NCBI GenBank assembly: GCA_017307755.1
Contig: JAFKGQ010000014.1
Span: 21,036 to 85,035, forward strand
Direction: 5' to 3'
DNA length: 64,000 nt
Origin: Chitinophagaceae bacterium
GTDB taxonomy: Bacteria; Bacteroidota; Bacteroidia; Chitinophagales; Chitinophagaceae
The notes beneath the pieces are model-generated. The model was not told where the DNA came from. It did not search any database and saw only the letters and a program-made list of their open reading frames with translations. Position numbers and translations under genes: made by a program. Positions 28,768-36,333 of the stretch are shown in pieces. The first letter of the stretch is position 1. Each line of letters opens with the position of its first letter.

Positions 28768-29253
28768 TTACTCTTTTGCCCAGCGGATCACCAGCTCTGT
28801 CACCTGAAAGCTGCTGCGCGCCGGCTTTTTCTCTCCCGGCACTACCAGACGGAAAGGACCTTTCCCGGCGGGCAGCGGCTTACCTTCCGATGAATCCGCG
28901 ATAATGACCGTTCTGTCCGTAAAGCTGGAGTCCAGCTCGGCAAGAGAGAACAATACTTCATACCCATCTGCGCATTTCACCAGCAGATACTTGGTAAGGT
29001 TCTCTCCACGCAGCTGCTTGCCGGTGGTAACACCCGCCTGGTCGAGTATTTCCGCCACCGGTACTCCGGTGTAAGGGTGCTCGTTGCCATCCCTGTCCCG
29101 CATGCTGACAGTCACTCTTTTCATCTTCGCCAGGTCGGCCGTCTGCAGTTGCAGCGGTTTGGTCACCTCTCCCGATACCTTGATCGCAGGCTGTGCCTGA
29201 ATCCCGCCAACGATGACCAAACACACCAGGATAATAAAACAATACTTGCGCAT
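28768..29253 (-). CDS. Exported Oxidored_molyb-like (sulfite-oxidase-fold related) small protein
   Basis: Signal peptide, V.GEV..P, YTGVPVAEIL..AG, DGY...FS..EL and GPFRLVVPG. No obvious Moco-ligating Cys. Confidence 0.75.
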   Translation of the reverse strand: MRKYCFIILVCLVIVGGIQAQPAIKVSGEVTKPLQLQTADLAKMKRVTVSMRDRDGNEHPYTGVPVAEILDQAGVTTGKQLRGENLTKYLLVKCADGYEVLFSLAELDSSFTDRTVIIADSSEGKPLPAGKGPFRLVVPGEKKPARSSFQVTELVIRWAKE

Positions 29254-29256
29254 AAA

Positions 29257-30135
29257 TTAATTTTTAAAAGGATTGGAGAACTTCGGGTTAGTGATAAAAG
29301 AGGTATCCGTCAGCGTTGAGAAGCGTCCGTCGTGCATATACGGCGCCGTTAGTTCGATGTTACGCAGCGTCACCACCCTGAACCTCCCTCTGTCATAGGG
29401 CTGCCCGGTGACCGTCTCCCTGCCCGGGTCCCTGGGAATACTGTCCAGACCATTATTGTGAAAAAGTTCACCATAGGTCTTGGGGCCGTCGTGACAATGA
29501 CCGCAGGTCCCTTTGCCATAGAACAAGGCGATACCACCCGCTTCCGACCCCGTCGGCTGATACGCCCCCTGCAGGTACCGGTCATACCTGGACCCGGCGG
29601 AAATAAGGGTACGCTCAAATTGCGCCAGCGCTTGCACTATCCGCAATCCCGTCACCGTATCCGACCCAAATGCAGCCCTGAACAAGGGAGGATAGATTGT
29701 TTTACTTTGCAGCTTCCTGGCACTGACAGCCAGCGTCTGACCCATTTCATGCGGATTGGTCAGGGGTGTTTCAGCCTGCTGCTCCAGCCCCCTCGCCCTC
29801 CCATCCCAAAAGAAATTACGCACCCACAACAGATTGGCCAGGGACATAGTGTTCCGCGGCTGCAGCGTGCCGTCAACACCCGCGCTGAACCTCTTGCCGT
29901 CCGTAAAAGCCAACTCCTGACGATGACAGGTGGCGCAGGATACACGGTCGCCTGCAGAAAGGGCCGTTTCATAAAACAACATCCGTCCAAGCTGCACACC
30001 CTGTACGGTCAGCGGATTGTCCGCCGGAATGTCGATACGGTTGCCAAAATAAGAAGGGTACACAGGCGTCAAAGGCTCGACGCCGGGCGCACGTATACCA
30101 AAGCCCAAAAAGCCGGTGGCAGCCGACAGGATCAA
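29257..30135 (-). CDS. Di-heme cytochrome c peroxidase-like (MauG/MbnH family), apparently with an internal deletion; possible pseudogene
   Basis: CATCH and CGHCH, LGRMLFYE, RNTMSL.N and LRNIELTAPYMHDGRF. The segment expected between FSTL and TD.SFITNP is absent. No ATG upstream of KKTILIL. Confidence 0.75.
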   Translation of the reverse strand: MILSAATGFLGFGIRAPGVEPLTPVYPSYFGNRIDIPADNPLTVQGVQLGRMLFYETALSAGDRVSCATCHRQELAFTDGKRFSAGVDGTLQPRNTMSLANLLWVRNFFWDGRARGLEQQAETPLTNPHEMGQTLAVSARKLQSKTIYPPLFRAAFGSDTVTGLRIVQALAQFERTLISAGSRYDRYLQGAYQPTGSEAGGIALFYGKGTCGHCHDGPKTYGELFHNNGLDSIPRDPGRETVTGQPYDRGRFRVVTLRNIELTAPYMHDGRFSTLTDTSFITNPKFSNPFKN

Positions 30136-30145
30136 TATGGTCTTT

Positions 30146-32140
30146 TTACAGCTGATAAACTAAATTAACAAAATAATTCCTGCCGGGTTCCGGATAACCC
30201 TCCACCAGGGAGTAGTTCCGGTCAGTGATATTGTTGATACCGGCCTCCAGCGACAAAAAGCTGAGCACCTTTAAGGCAGCCCTTGTATTCAGCAGCATGA
30301 ATGATCCGGCAGCTGCACCATAAGTGGTGCTGTATCTCTGGGAATCATATTCCGTATTTGCTTGTACGGACAGCCTGTCCCGCAACTGATATTGCAGATA
30401 CCCAAAAAATTTATGACCCGGCACATCCGTAAAATGCAGGGCAGGGTTGCTGAGGTTGTTTCGTTTTATATAAGTGTAGTTGACGCCCGTCTTCCAGGCT
30501 TCCGCAATACGATATTCCACACCCACCTCACCACCCAGGTATTCGCTGCGCCCTGTATTCTGCAGCTGGCTTTGCCATACGTGCCGGACAGAATCATAAC
30601 GGACATTACTCACGGACAGGATCGTATTCCCAATGTTGCTGTAAAACAAGCTCGCCTCCACCATCCATTGAGCGCCTATTCTACCCTTATATCCCAGATC
30701 ATAGTTCACCGCATATTCCGCATGCAGATCAGGGTTGGGTATGGCCGTGCCCAGGCGGTAGGAATAGCGGTCCTTCGTCGTGGCAAACCTTGTCTTACGG
30801 GCCACGGACAGACTGATCAGGTTGTTGTCATCCGGATGGTATTCCAGACCGCCCTGGATATTAAAGGCATTATTGTCATTGCCGGGGAAATTGCTCACCT
30901 GCCGGGTAGCGCTGTTGTAGTCCTGTGCCTTGATACTGGCGCGACGGTTAAAGCTGAGCCCGGTCAGTAAGACAAAACGATGCGGCAGCTTTAACTCATT
31001 TTCAATACCCACCGTATAGGTGTTGTCGGACATAGTCCGCACAGGTTCTCCTTCATTGTGCTCCCTATGCACATCCTGCTTCCATTGCACCGTAGTCTTT
31101 ACCACATCCTTGCTCTGCCATAGCCCTTTACCATACTCCACTATCCCCCCTACCGTATAATCATCGTAGATACTTTTAAAAGCGTAAGGTTTGGAAATGG
31201 TAGTATAATGTACGTCGTCGTATGAATTCAGCTGATTTTTAAATTTGTCGTAATAAAACCGCGTCTTGAGATATTCGGCATCGCCAAACGTCGTATTTGA
31301 GATAAAATAAAGACTTCTTTTGTCCCAGTACGGCCACTGCCAGTAGCGGGGACTTTTGTACAGACTGTTCAGCGTGTCGCTGCCGGCATATACAGGTGTC
31401 CCTTTCTTGCCATGCTGATAGATATAGCTCAGCGCATACTCGGACTTTTTCCCGGGAATATAACCCACTTTGATGCTGTATTTTTCATCCGTGCTGTAGG
31501 AATTATTCCGCCAGCCGCCATCTTCTGTTTTCACCGGCTTGTAATTTCCCGGCAACGGAAAAGAATCCCTGTTGACCTTCGAAGCGCCCGCCTGCAGATA
31601 GAATTTACCCAGGTTGCTGCCGACGTTGATATTACCCCGGTAACCGCCGGAAAGCCACCCGGCAGCGCCATTGAGCTCAAATTTTTTCACAGGCCGCCGG
31701 CTGACAAGATTGATGGCCCCACCCAACGCATTGGGACCATAGATCACGGAAGTATACCCCTTTGATACATTGACCTCCGCCAGGTCAAAGGTGGTAAACC
31801 TGGCCAGGTCGACATAGCCGTCATAAGGTATATATACAGGTATACCGTCGATAAGCAAGGGCGTCTGCCGCAGGTCAAACCCCCTGACATATACCATTGC
31901 CTCATTACGGGGACCTACAGCTGAAAGATTCACCCCCGGCAAAAGATTCAGCGCCTTCGATACGTCATTACGGGCAAACTCCTGCAATTGACGGGCATTG
32001 ACAGAGGAATTGATCTGCCGCCCCACGCCGGGCGTGACCACCACCTGCCCAAGCGTAAAGACATGGTTCACGCTGTCCTGGGAAAAAAGAGATAAACTAA
32101 GCAGACAAAATAGTAAGGTGGCGAGTCGTCTCATAAGCAT
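30146..32140 (-). CDS. TonB-dependent receptor downstream of a ModE-type box
   Basis: Plug: LNLLPGV, VRGF...LLIDGIP and V.VSKG..SVIYGPNALGGAIN. C-terminal NITDRNY..EGYPEPGRNYFVNLVYQL. Start 32140 or 32134. Confidence 0.92.
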   Translation of the reverse strand: MLMRRLATLLFCLLSLSLFSQDSVNHVFTLGQVVVTPGVGRQINSSVNARQLQEFARNDVSKALNLLPGVNLSAVGPRNEAMVYVRGFDLRQTPLLIDGIPVYIPYDGYVDLARFTTFDLAEVNVSKGYTSVIYGPNALGGAINLVSRRPVKKFELNGAAGWLSGGYRGNINVGSNLGKFYLQAGASKVNRDSFPLPGNYKPVKTEDGGWRNNSYSTDEKYSIKVGYIPGKKSEYALSYIYQHGKKGTPVYAGSDTLNSLYKSPRYWQWPYWDKRSLYFISNTTFGDAEYLKTRFYYDKFKNQLNSYDDVHYTTISKPYAFKSIYDDYTVGGIVEYGKGLWQSKDVVKTTVQWKQDVHREHNEGEPVRTMSDNTYTVGIENELKLPHRFVLLTGLSFNRRASIKAQDYNSATRQVSNFPGNDNNAFNIQGGLEYHPDDNNLISLSVARKTRFATTKDRYSYRLGTAIPNPDLHAEYAVNYDLGYKGRIGAQWMVEASLFYSNIGNTILSVSNVRYDSVRHVWQSQLQNTGRSEYLGGEVGVEYRIAEAWKTGVNYTYIKRNNLSNPALHFTDVPGHKFFGYLQYQLRDRLSVQANTEYDSQRYSTTYGAAAGSFMLLNTRAALKVLSFLSLEAGINNITDRNYSLVEGYPEPGRNYFVNLVYQL

Positions 32141-32147
32141 ATTTTTG

Positions 32148-32175
32148 ATCGTTATATCTTCAAAGATATAACGAT
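32148..32175. promoter_or_regulatory. ModE-type operator (perfect palindrome)
   Basis: ATCGTTATATCTT-CA-AAGATATAACGAT, 13-bp arms. Resembles the ModE consensus CGTTATATA-N-TATATAACG and lies between modE and the TBDR start. Confidence 0.8.
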
Positions 32176-32226
32176 ATGCCAAAAAACATTCATTCCCATG
32201 CAAAAAGTATTACATAGAAATAATCA

Positions 32227-32595
32227 TTATTTAAGTCGGAGAGTTTCTTCTTCGAGGAATTTTTTAAACCTTGCCCTCAATTGCTGATGATAGCTGATCA
32301 TCTGTATAGCTTCTTCCGAGATGGACGATCCGCCCCCTTTCTCCCCACCCGTAGTAGTGATCACCATGGGTTGCGCGGACATGGCATTAAGGTTATCCAC
32401 AAGCTGCCAGGCTTTTTTGTAGGACATCTGCATTTTTTTTGCCGCCTGGTTGATACTGCCGGTTTCCTGTATCAGCTCCAGCAATTGTACGGGACCGGGG
32501 CCAAAAAAACGTACCCCGTCCCCTTCCAGCCAGAGACTGCCATTGACGGTAAACTGACCTTTCTTCAGCAGGTCGCTGATCTTCTTTTTACTCAC
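32227..32595 (-). CDS. modE: ModE-family winged-helix regulator, short form without molybdate-binding TOBE domains
   Basis: FFGPGPVQLLELIQETGSINQAAKKMQMSYKKAWQLVDNLN..GGEKGGGS. Only 122 aa. GTG start. Confidence 0.85.
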   Translation of the reverse strand: MSKKKISDLLKKGQFTVNGSLWLEGDGVRFFGPGPVQLLELIQETGSINQAAKKMQMSYKKAWQLVDNLNAMSAQPMVITTTGGEKGGGSSISEEAIQMISYHQQLRARFKKFLEEETLRLK

Positions 32596-32607
32596 AATAA
32601 CGTAGGA

Positions 32608-33198
32608 TTATTTGTCCGGAAGATACGCTCCTTTGTCGATCCAACGCTTGAACTGCCGTGCGAATTCCGCGTGGTTCAACGGCGGCAAGGTACGGCCATC
32701 GCCGGGATGCCATCCCCATAATACCAGCGTATCCGATGTAACGTGCTCGATCAGCTGCTCTTTGGTCCTTCCTCCATTAAGCCTGGGGTCCAGCAGCTGT
32801 GCAGCCAGCTGACGAGGGCTGCGTCCCTGGAAGACCATTTTCCTGTCGGCAGGAGGCAAAGCCCACTTGGGATTACCCGGTGGCATATGCTCACCGGACG
32901 TATTCTGAGGTTGATGACAATTGGTGCATTTTAAAGCATATACTCCCTTACCTTCCGGCCCCCGCTGCACATTCTGCATATGCGGATGGCTGTCATCGCC
33001 CTGCAGCGGTGCATCCCCTGCGGGATGACAATTCATGCAACGGGGACTCATCAATACTTTGTAAACGGCCGCAAAAGCTTTTTGACTGGCTGCCTTATCC
33101 TTCCCCGGCTCTTCCGTCGCCCCGCTGCTCCGTTGATGAAAGGACATAGCGATCATCCCTATAAACGACACAGTCAATAAAAAATATACTACTCTCAT
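32608..33198 (-). CDS. Exported di-heme c-type cytochrome of the kind found beside isoquinoline-oxidoreductase-type genes
   Basis: Start ATG 33198 overlaps the upstream stop (TAATG). Signal/TM, RCMNCH and KCTNCH, D.LVLWGW.PG.GR..PP. Confidence 0.7.
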   Translation of the reverse strand: MRVVYFLLTVSFIGMIAMSFHQRSSGATEEPGKDKAASQKAFAAVYKVLMSPRCMNCHPAGDAPLQGDDSHPHMQNVQRGPEGKGVYALKCTNCHQPQNTSGEHMPPGNPKWALPPADRKMVFQGRSPRQLAAQLLDPRLNGGRTKEQLIEHVTSDTLVLWGWHPGDGRTLPPLNHAEFARQFKRWIDKGAYLPDK

Positions 33199-33662
33199 TA
33201 TACGCCCCCCTCCTGCAGCTGTGCGGCCAGATGAATAGCCTTTCGGATACGGGGGTAAGTGCCACAGCGGCAGATGTTCCCCGTCATAGCATCGTCGATA
33301 TCCTTGTCGGTGGGGTGAGGGTTCTCCCTCAACAGGACTGCAGCTGACATGATCTGTCCGGACTGGCAATAGCCGCATTGCGGCACATCAGCCTGTATCC
33401 AGGCTCTTTGTAAAGGATGACTGTTGTCCGGGGAAAGCCCTTCGATCGTAATGATCTGCTGACCCGCCGCCCTGTTGAGCAATGTCACACACGAACGGAC
33501 AGCTTCTCCATTGAGATGTACAGTGCAAGCGCCACAGAGGGCCATGCCACAACCAAACTTCGTACCAGTGAGCCCTAATATATCCCGGAGCACCCACAAC
33601 AAGGGCATATCCGGACTGGCATCTACCTGGTATTCCTTTTGATTGACAGTTAATGTTACCAT
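33198..33662 (-). CDS. [2Fe-2S] small subunit of the xanthine-oxidase family (IorA/CoxS-like)
   Basis: [37 protein letters not shown] and NICRCGTY. Confidence 0.95.
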   Translation of the reverse strand: MVTLTVNQKEYQVDASPDMPLLWVLRDILGLTGTKFGCGMALCGACTVHLNGEAVRSCVTLLNRAAGQQIITIEGLSPDNSHPLQRAWIQADVPQCGYCQSGQIMSAAVLLRENPHPTDKDIDDAMTGNICRCGTYPRIRKAIHLAAQLQEGGV

Positions 33663-33707
33663 AACAAAGGATTTATGATCATCCTTATAAATTTACGGAA
33701 AAATCGG

Positions 33708-35006
33708 TCATTCCCCCACCGGGCCTTTACTCACTTTTTGCCCCTTGGCCCATACAGCCTGTATTTCTCTTGTATGACGCACATCTACAGAAGGGTCCTT
33801 GCCCAATACGATAAAGCTGGCATCCTTGCCGGGCTCCAGCGATCCTGTCCTCCCCTCCGCCCGTAATAATGTTGCACTGTTAAGGGTCGCCGCACGAATG
33901 GCTTCTAGTGGTGTCAATCCTGCTTCAACCATCAACTCCATCTCCAGGTGCTCGGCAAATCCCTGCACACGTATCGGCATCGCACCTGAGTCAGTGCCCA
34001 GCGCGATCATTACACCCGCATGGTAGAGGATCTGCAGGTTCTTCATGGCTATACGCAATGCACTCCGCTCGCGGTCGGTAGCAGGGTTATTCGTAAGTCT
34101 TTCCTTGTAGGAAGGACTGGTGACCATCTCATACACACCCGGCTCCAGGGCATTCCGAAAAAAAGGTGCGTTGAGCCATTCCGGGTCTTCCCCATAGATA
34201 AAGGCAAGATCATCCAGGGACAAGGTGGGGATATAAACGATCTTCCGCCGCACTATCTCCTCCGCAAATGCCTGGTCGATCACTGAATCCCGGATACTAT
34301 GAGCAAATATGTCCACCCCGGCAGTCGCCAGTTTCCGGGCATCAGCCAGCCGGTAAACATGCGCCGCCACCCGGATGCCATGCCTGTGTGCTGTAGCGAT
34401 AATGGCCGTATATATCTCCTCCTTCATGCTGGGATTGCCATCTACCCATATCTTAATAACATCGGGCTTTAATGGCGCCAGTTCATCTACATCTTTTATA
34501 GCATCTTCCACTGTCTCAGGTCGGTAAATATGCGAAAAACCCATGGAGGCAGGCGGAAGAGCACCGGGGACACCAAAACCATAGATGGCCGAATACATCG
34601 TAGCGCCGGGGATAAGCCCCGCCCTGGATGAATCCCGGATCTTTACTCCCACAGGCTGCTCAGTCCCCATGGATAAAACAGCCCCTACCCCATAATCCTG
34701 ATAACGTTGCAACTGATGACGCACATTGGCCGGTGTATAATTGGAGGCAGCCATCGTAGTATCCCTTACATTGCCCAGATGTCCATGGGCATTGCTGATC
34801 AGGGGCATGATGAATTTGCCGGACAGATCCACCGTATGGGCGCCGGCAGGGACGGGCTGACCGATGCTCTTTATTACCCCGCCCGAGATCACCATATTTG
34901 TATTTCTCCGGACAGAAGCGCCAGTGCCGTCGACGATGGAGACGTTCTTAAGAACGACTGCAGGCTGCTGAAATAGTGCCACCGCAATAAACGCCAGATT
35001 TATCAT
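33708..35006 (-). CDS. Amidohydrolase family protein (exported)
   Basis: SNAHGH metal motif, VAAH, FAHS, GTDSG and G.LEPGK.ASF. Confidence 0.88.
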   Translation of the reverse strand: MINLAFIAVALFQQPAVVLKNVSIVDGTGASVRRNTNMVISGGVIKSIGQPVPAGAHTVDLSGKFIMPLISNAHGHLGNVRDTTMAASNYTPANVRHQLQRYQDYGVGAVLSMGTEQPVGVKIRDSSRAGLIPGATMYSAIYGFGVPGALPPASMGFSHIYRPETVEDAIKDVDELAPLKPDVIKIWVDGNPSMKEEIYTAIIATAHRHGIRVAAHVYRLADARKLATAGVDIFAHSIRDSVIDQAFAEEIVRRKIVYIPTLSLDDLAFIYGEDPEWLNAPFFRNALEPGVYEMVTSPSYKERLTNNPATDRERSALRIAMKNLQILYHAGVMIALGTDSGAMPIRVQGFAEHLEMELMVEAGLTPLEAIRAATLNSATLLRAEGRTGSLEPGKDASFIVLGKDPSVDVRHTREIQAVWAKGQKVSKGPVGE

Positions 35007-35018
35007 GATGTAAAATAT

Positions 35019-36323
35019 TTACGACCTGATACTCCACGGCGCCCTTATCTGCGCCTTCAGATATTTATTCGCCTTGCGGTCTTTTTTGAACTTCTCCGCT
35101 GCCGGGTCCCAGGTCAACGGACGTCCCGTCCAATAGGCGATATTGGCCAGACAACACAGCGAACTGGTGCGATGCCCCGTCTCCACATCACAGATAGGGT
35201 CCTTATGGGCCTTGATGGCATCCAGCCAATCCTGGTAATGATCATCGCTGTAGTAAAGACGCTTCTCGTCCGGCTTGATCTCCTCCGTAACAATATTCGC
35301 CGGATCACTGTCTAGGTATTCCCGGCTGATATCAAGTTTCCCCTTACTGCCGATAAAACGAACCCCCGCTTTCCGTCCGAAGTCCTGGTGCTTCATCACC
35401 ACGCCGTTGGCATATACCATGGTAAGAACCTGGTACTCCTTTCCATCAGGTGGGAAAAAATGGATAGGGCCGCTCCTATCCATGTCCAGCGCCCATTGCG
35501 CAATGTCGAACATATGCGCCCCCCAGTCACTGATACCGCCGCCTCCGAACTCTTTATATGCGCGCCAGTTTGCCCAGACATCATTTTCTATGGGCGGCGC
35601 GATCTCCGCATTATAAGGCCTTACCGCGGCAGGCCCCAGCCAGTTGTCCCAGTCCAGGACAGCAGGGACTTCCTGGGCAGGCAGGTCGCAGGAAATGGCC
35701 GCTTTACCTACACTGACCAATACTTCCTTTACATCCCCGATGTAACCGTTGCGCACCAGCTCACAGGCATGCCGGAAGTTCTTCCAGGACCGCTGCATGC
35801 TGCCCGTCTGGAATATGACACCGTTCTTCCGTACCGCTGCTACCATGGCCCGCCCCTCTTCCACCGAATGGGCTAGCGGTTTCTCACAATACACATGTTT
35901 ACCCGCATTTGCCGCCATCACCGTCCCCACGGCATGCCAGTGGTCAGGCGTGGCGATCACCACGGCATCGATGTCCTTTCTTGAAAGTATCTGGGAAAAA
36001 TCGCTGTAAATATCTATCCCTTTATAGTCAGTCGTCTCCTTCAGCGCAGCATAAGCCTTTTCCGTATTGTTCTTAAAAAGCTCCAGTTTTTGTTTATCCA
36101 CGTCCGCAGCCGCCAGCACCTGCGCCTTGGGAGCAAACTGTTTTACCAGCCCGCGGGCCTGCTTACCTGTCCCGATAAAACCCAGCGTGATCTTATCGCT
36201 GGGCGCCGTATAATGTCTTCCCCCCAGCACATGACGGGGAACGATGGTAAAAGCAATGGCAGCGCCAAAAGTGTTCTTTACAAAGCTCCGCCGGCTGATC
36301 GTTGTTTTTTTTTGACGGGTCAT
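35019..36323 (-). CDS. Gfo/Idh/MocA oxidoreductase with Tat signal
   Basis: SRRSF Tat motif, GFIGTGKQ, DAVVIATPDHWH and VYCEKP. Start moved to ATG 36323. Confidence 0.92.
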   Translation of the reverse strand: MTRQKKTTISRRSFVKNTFGAAIAFTIVPRHVLGGRHYTAPSDKITLGFIGTGKQARGLVKQFAPKAQVLAAADVDKQKLELFKNNTEKAYAALKETTDYKGIDIYSDFSQILSRKDIDAVVIATPDHWHAVGTVMAANAGKHVYCEKPLAHSVEEGRAMVAAVRKNGVIFQTGSMQRSWKNFRHACELVRNGYIGDVKEVLVSVGKAAISCDLPAQEVPAVLDWDNWLGPAAVRPYNAEIAPPIENDVWANWRAYKEFGGGGISDWGAHMFDIAQWALDMDRSGPIHFFPPDGKEYQVLTMVYANGVVMKHQDFGRKAGVRFIGSKGKLDISREYLDSDPANIVTEEIKPDEKRLYYSDDHYQDWLDAIKAHKDPICDVETGHRTSSLCCLANIAYWTGRPLTWDPAAEKFKKDRKANKYLKAQIRAPWSIRS

Positions 36324-36333
36324 GAAAAAGATA

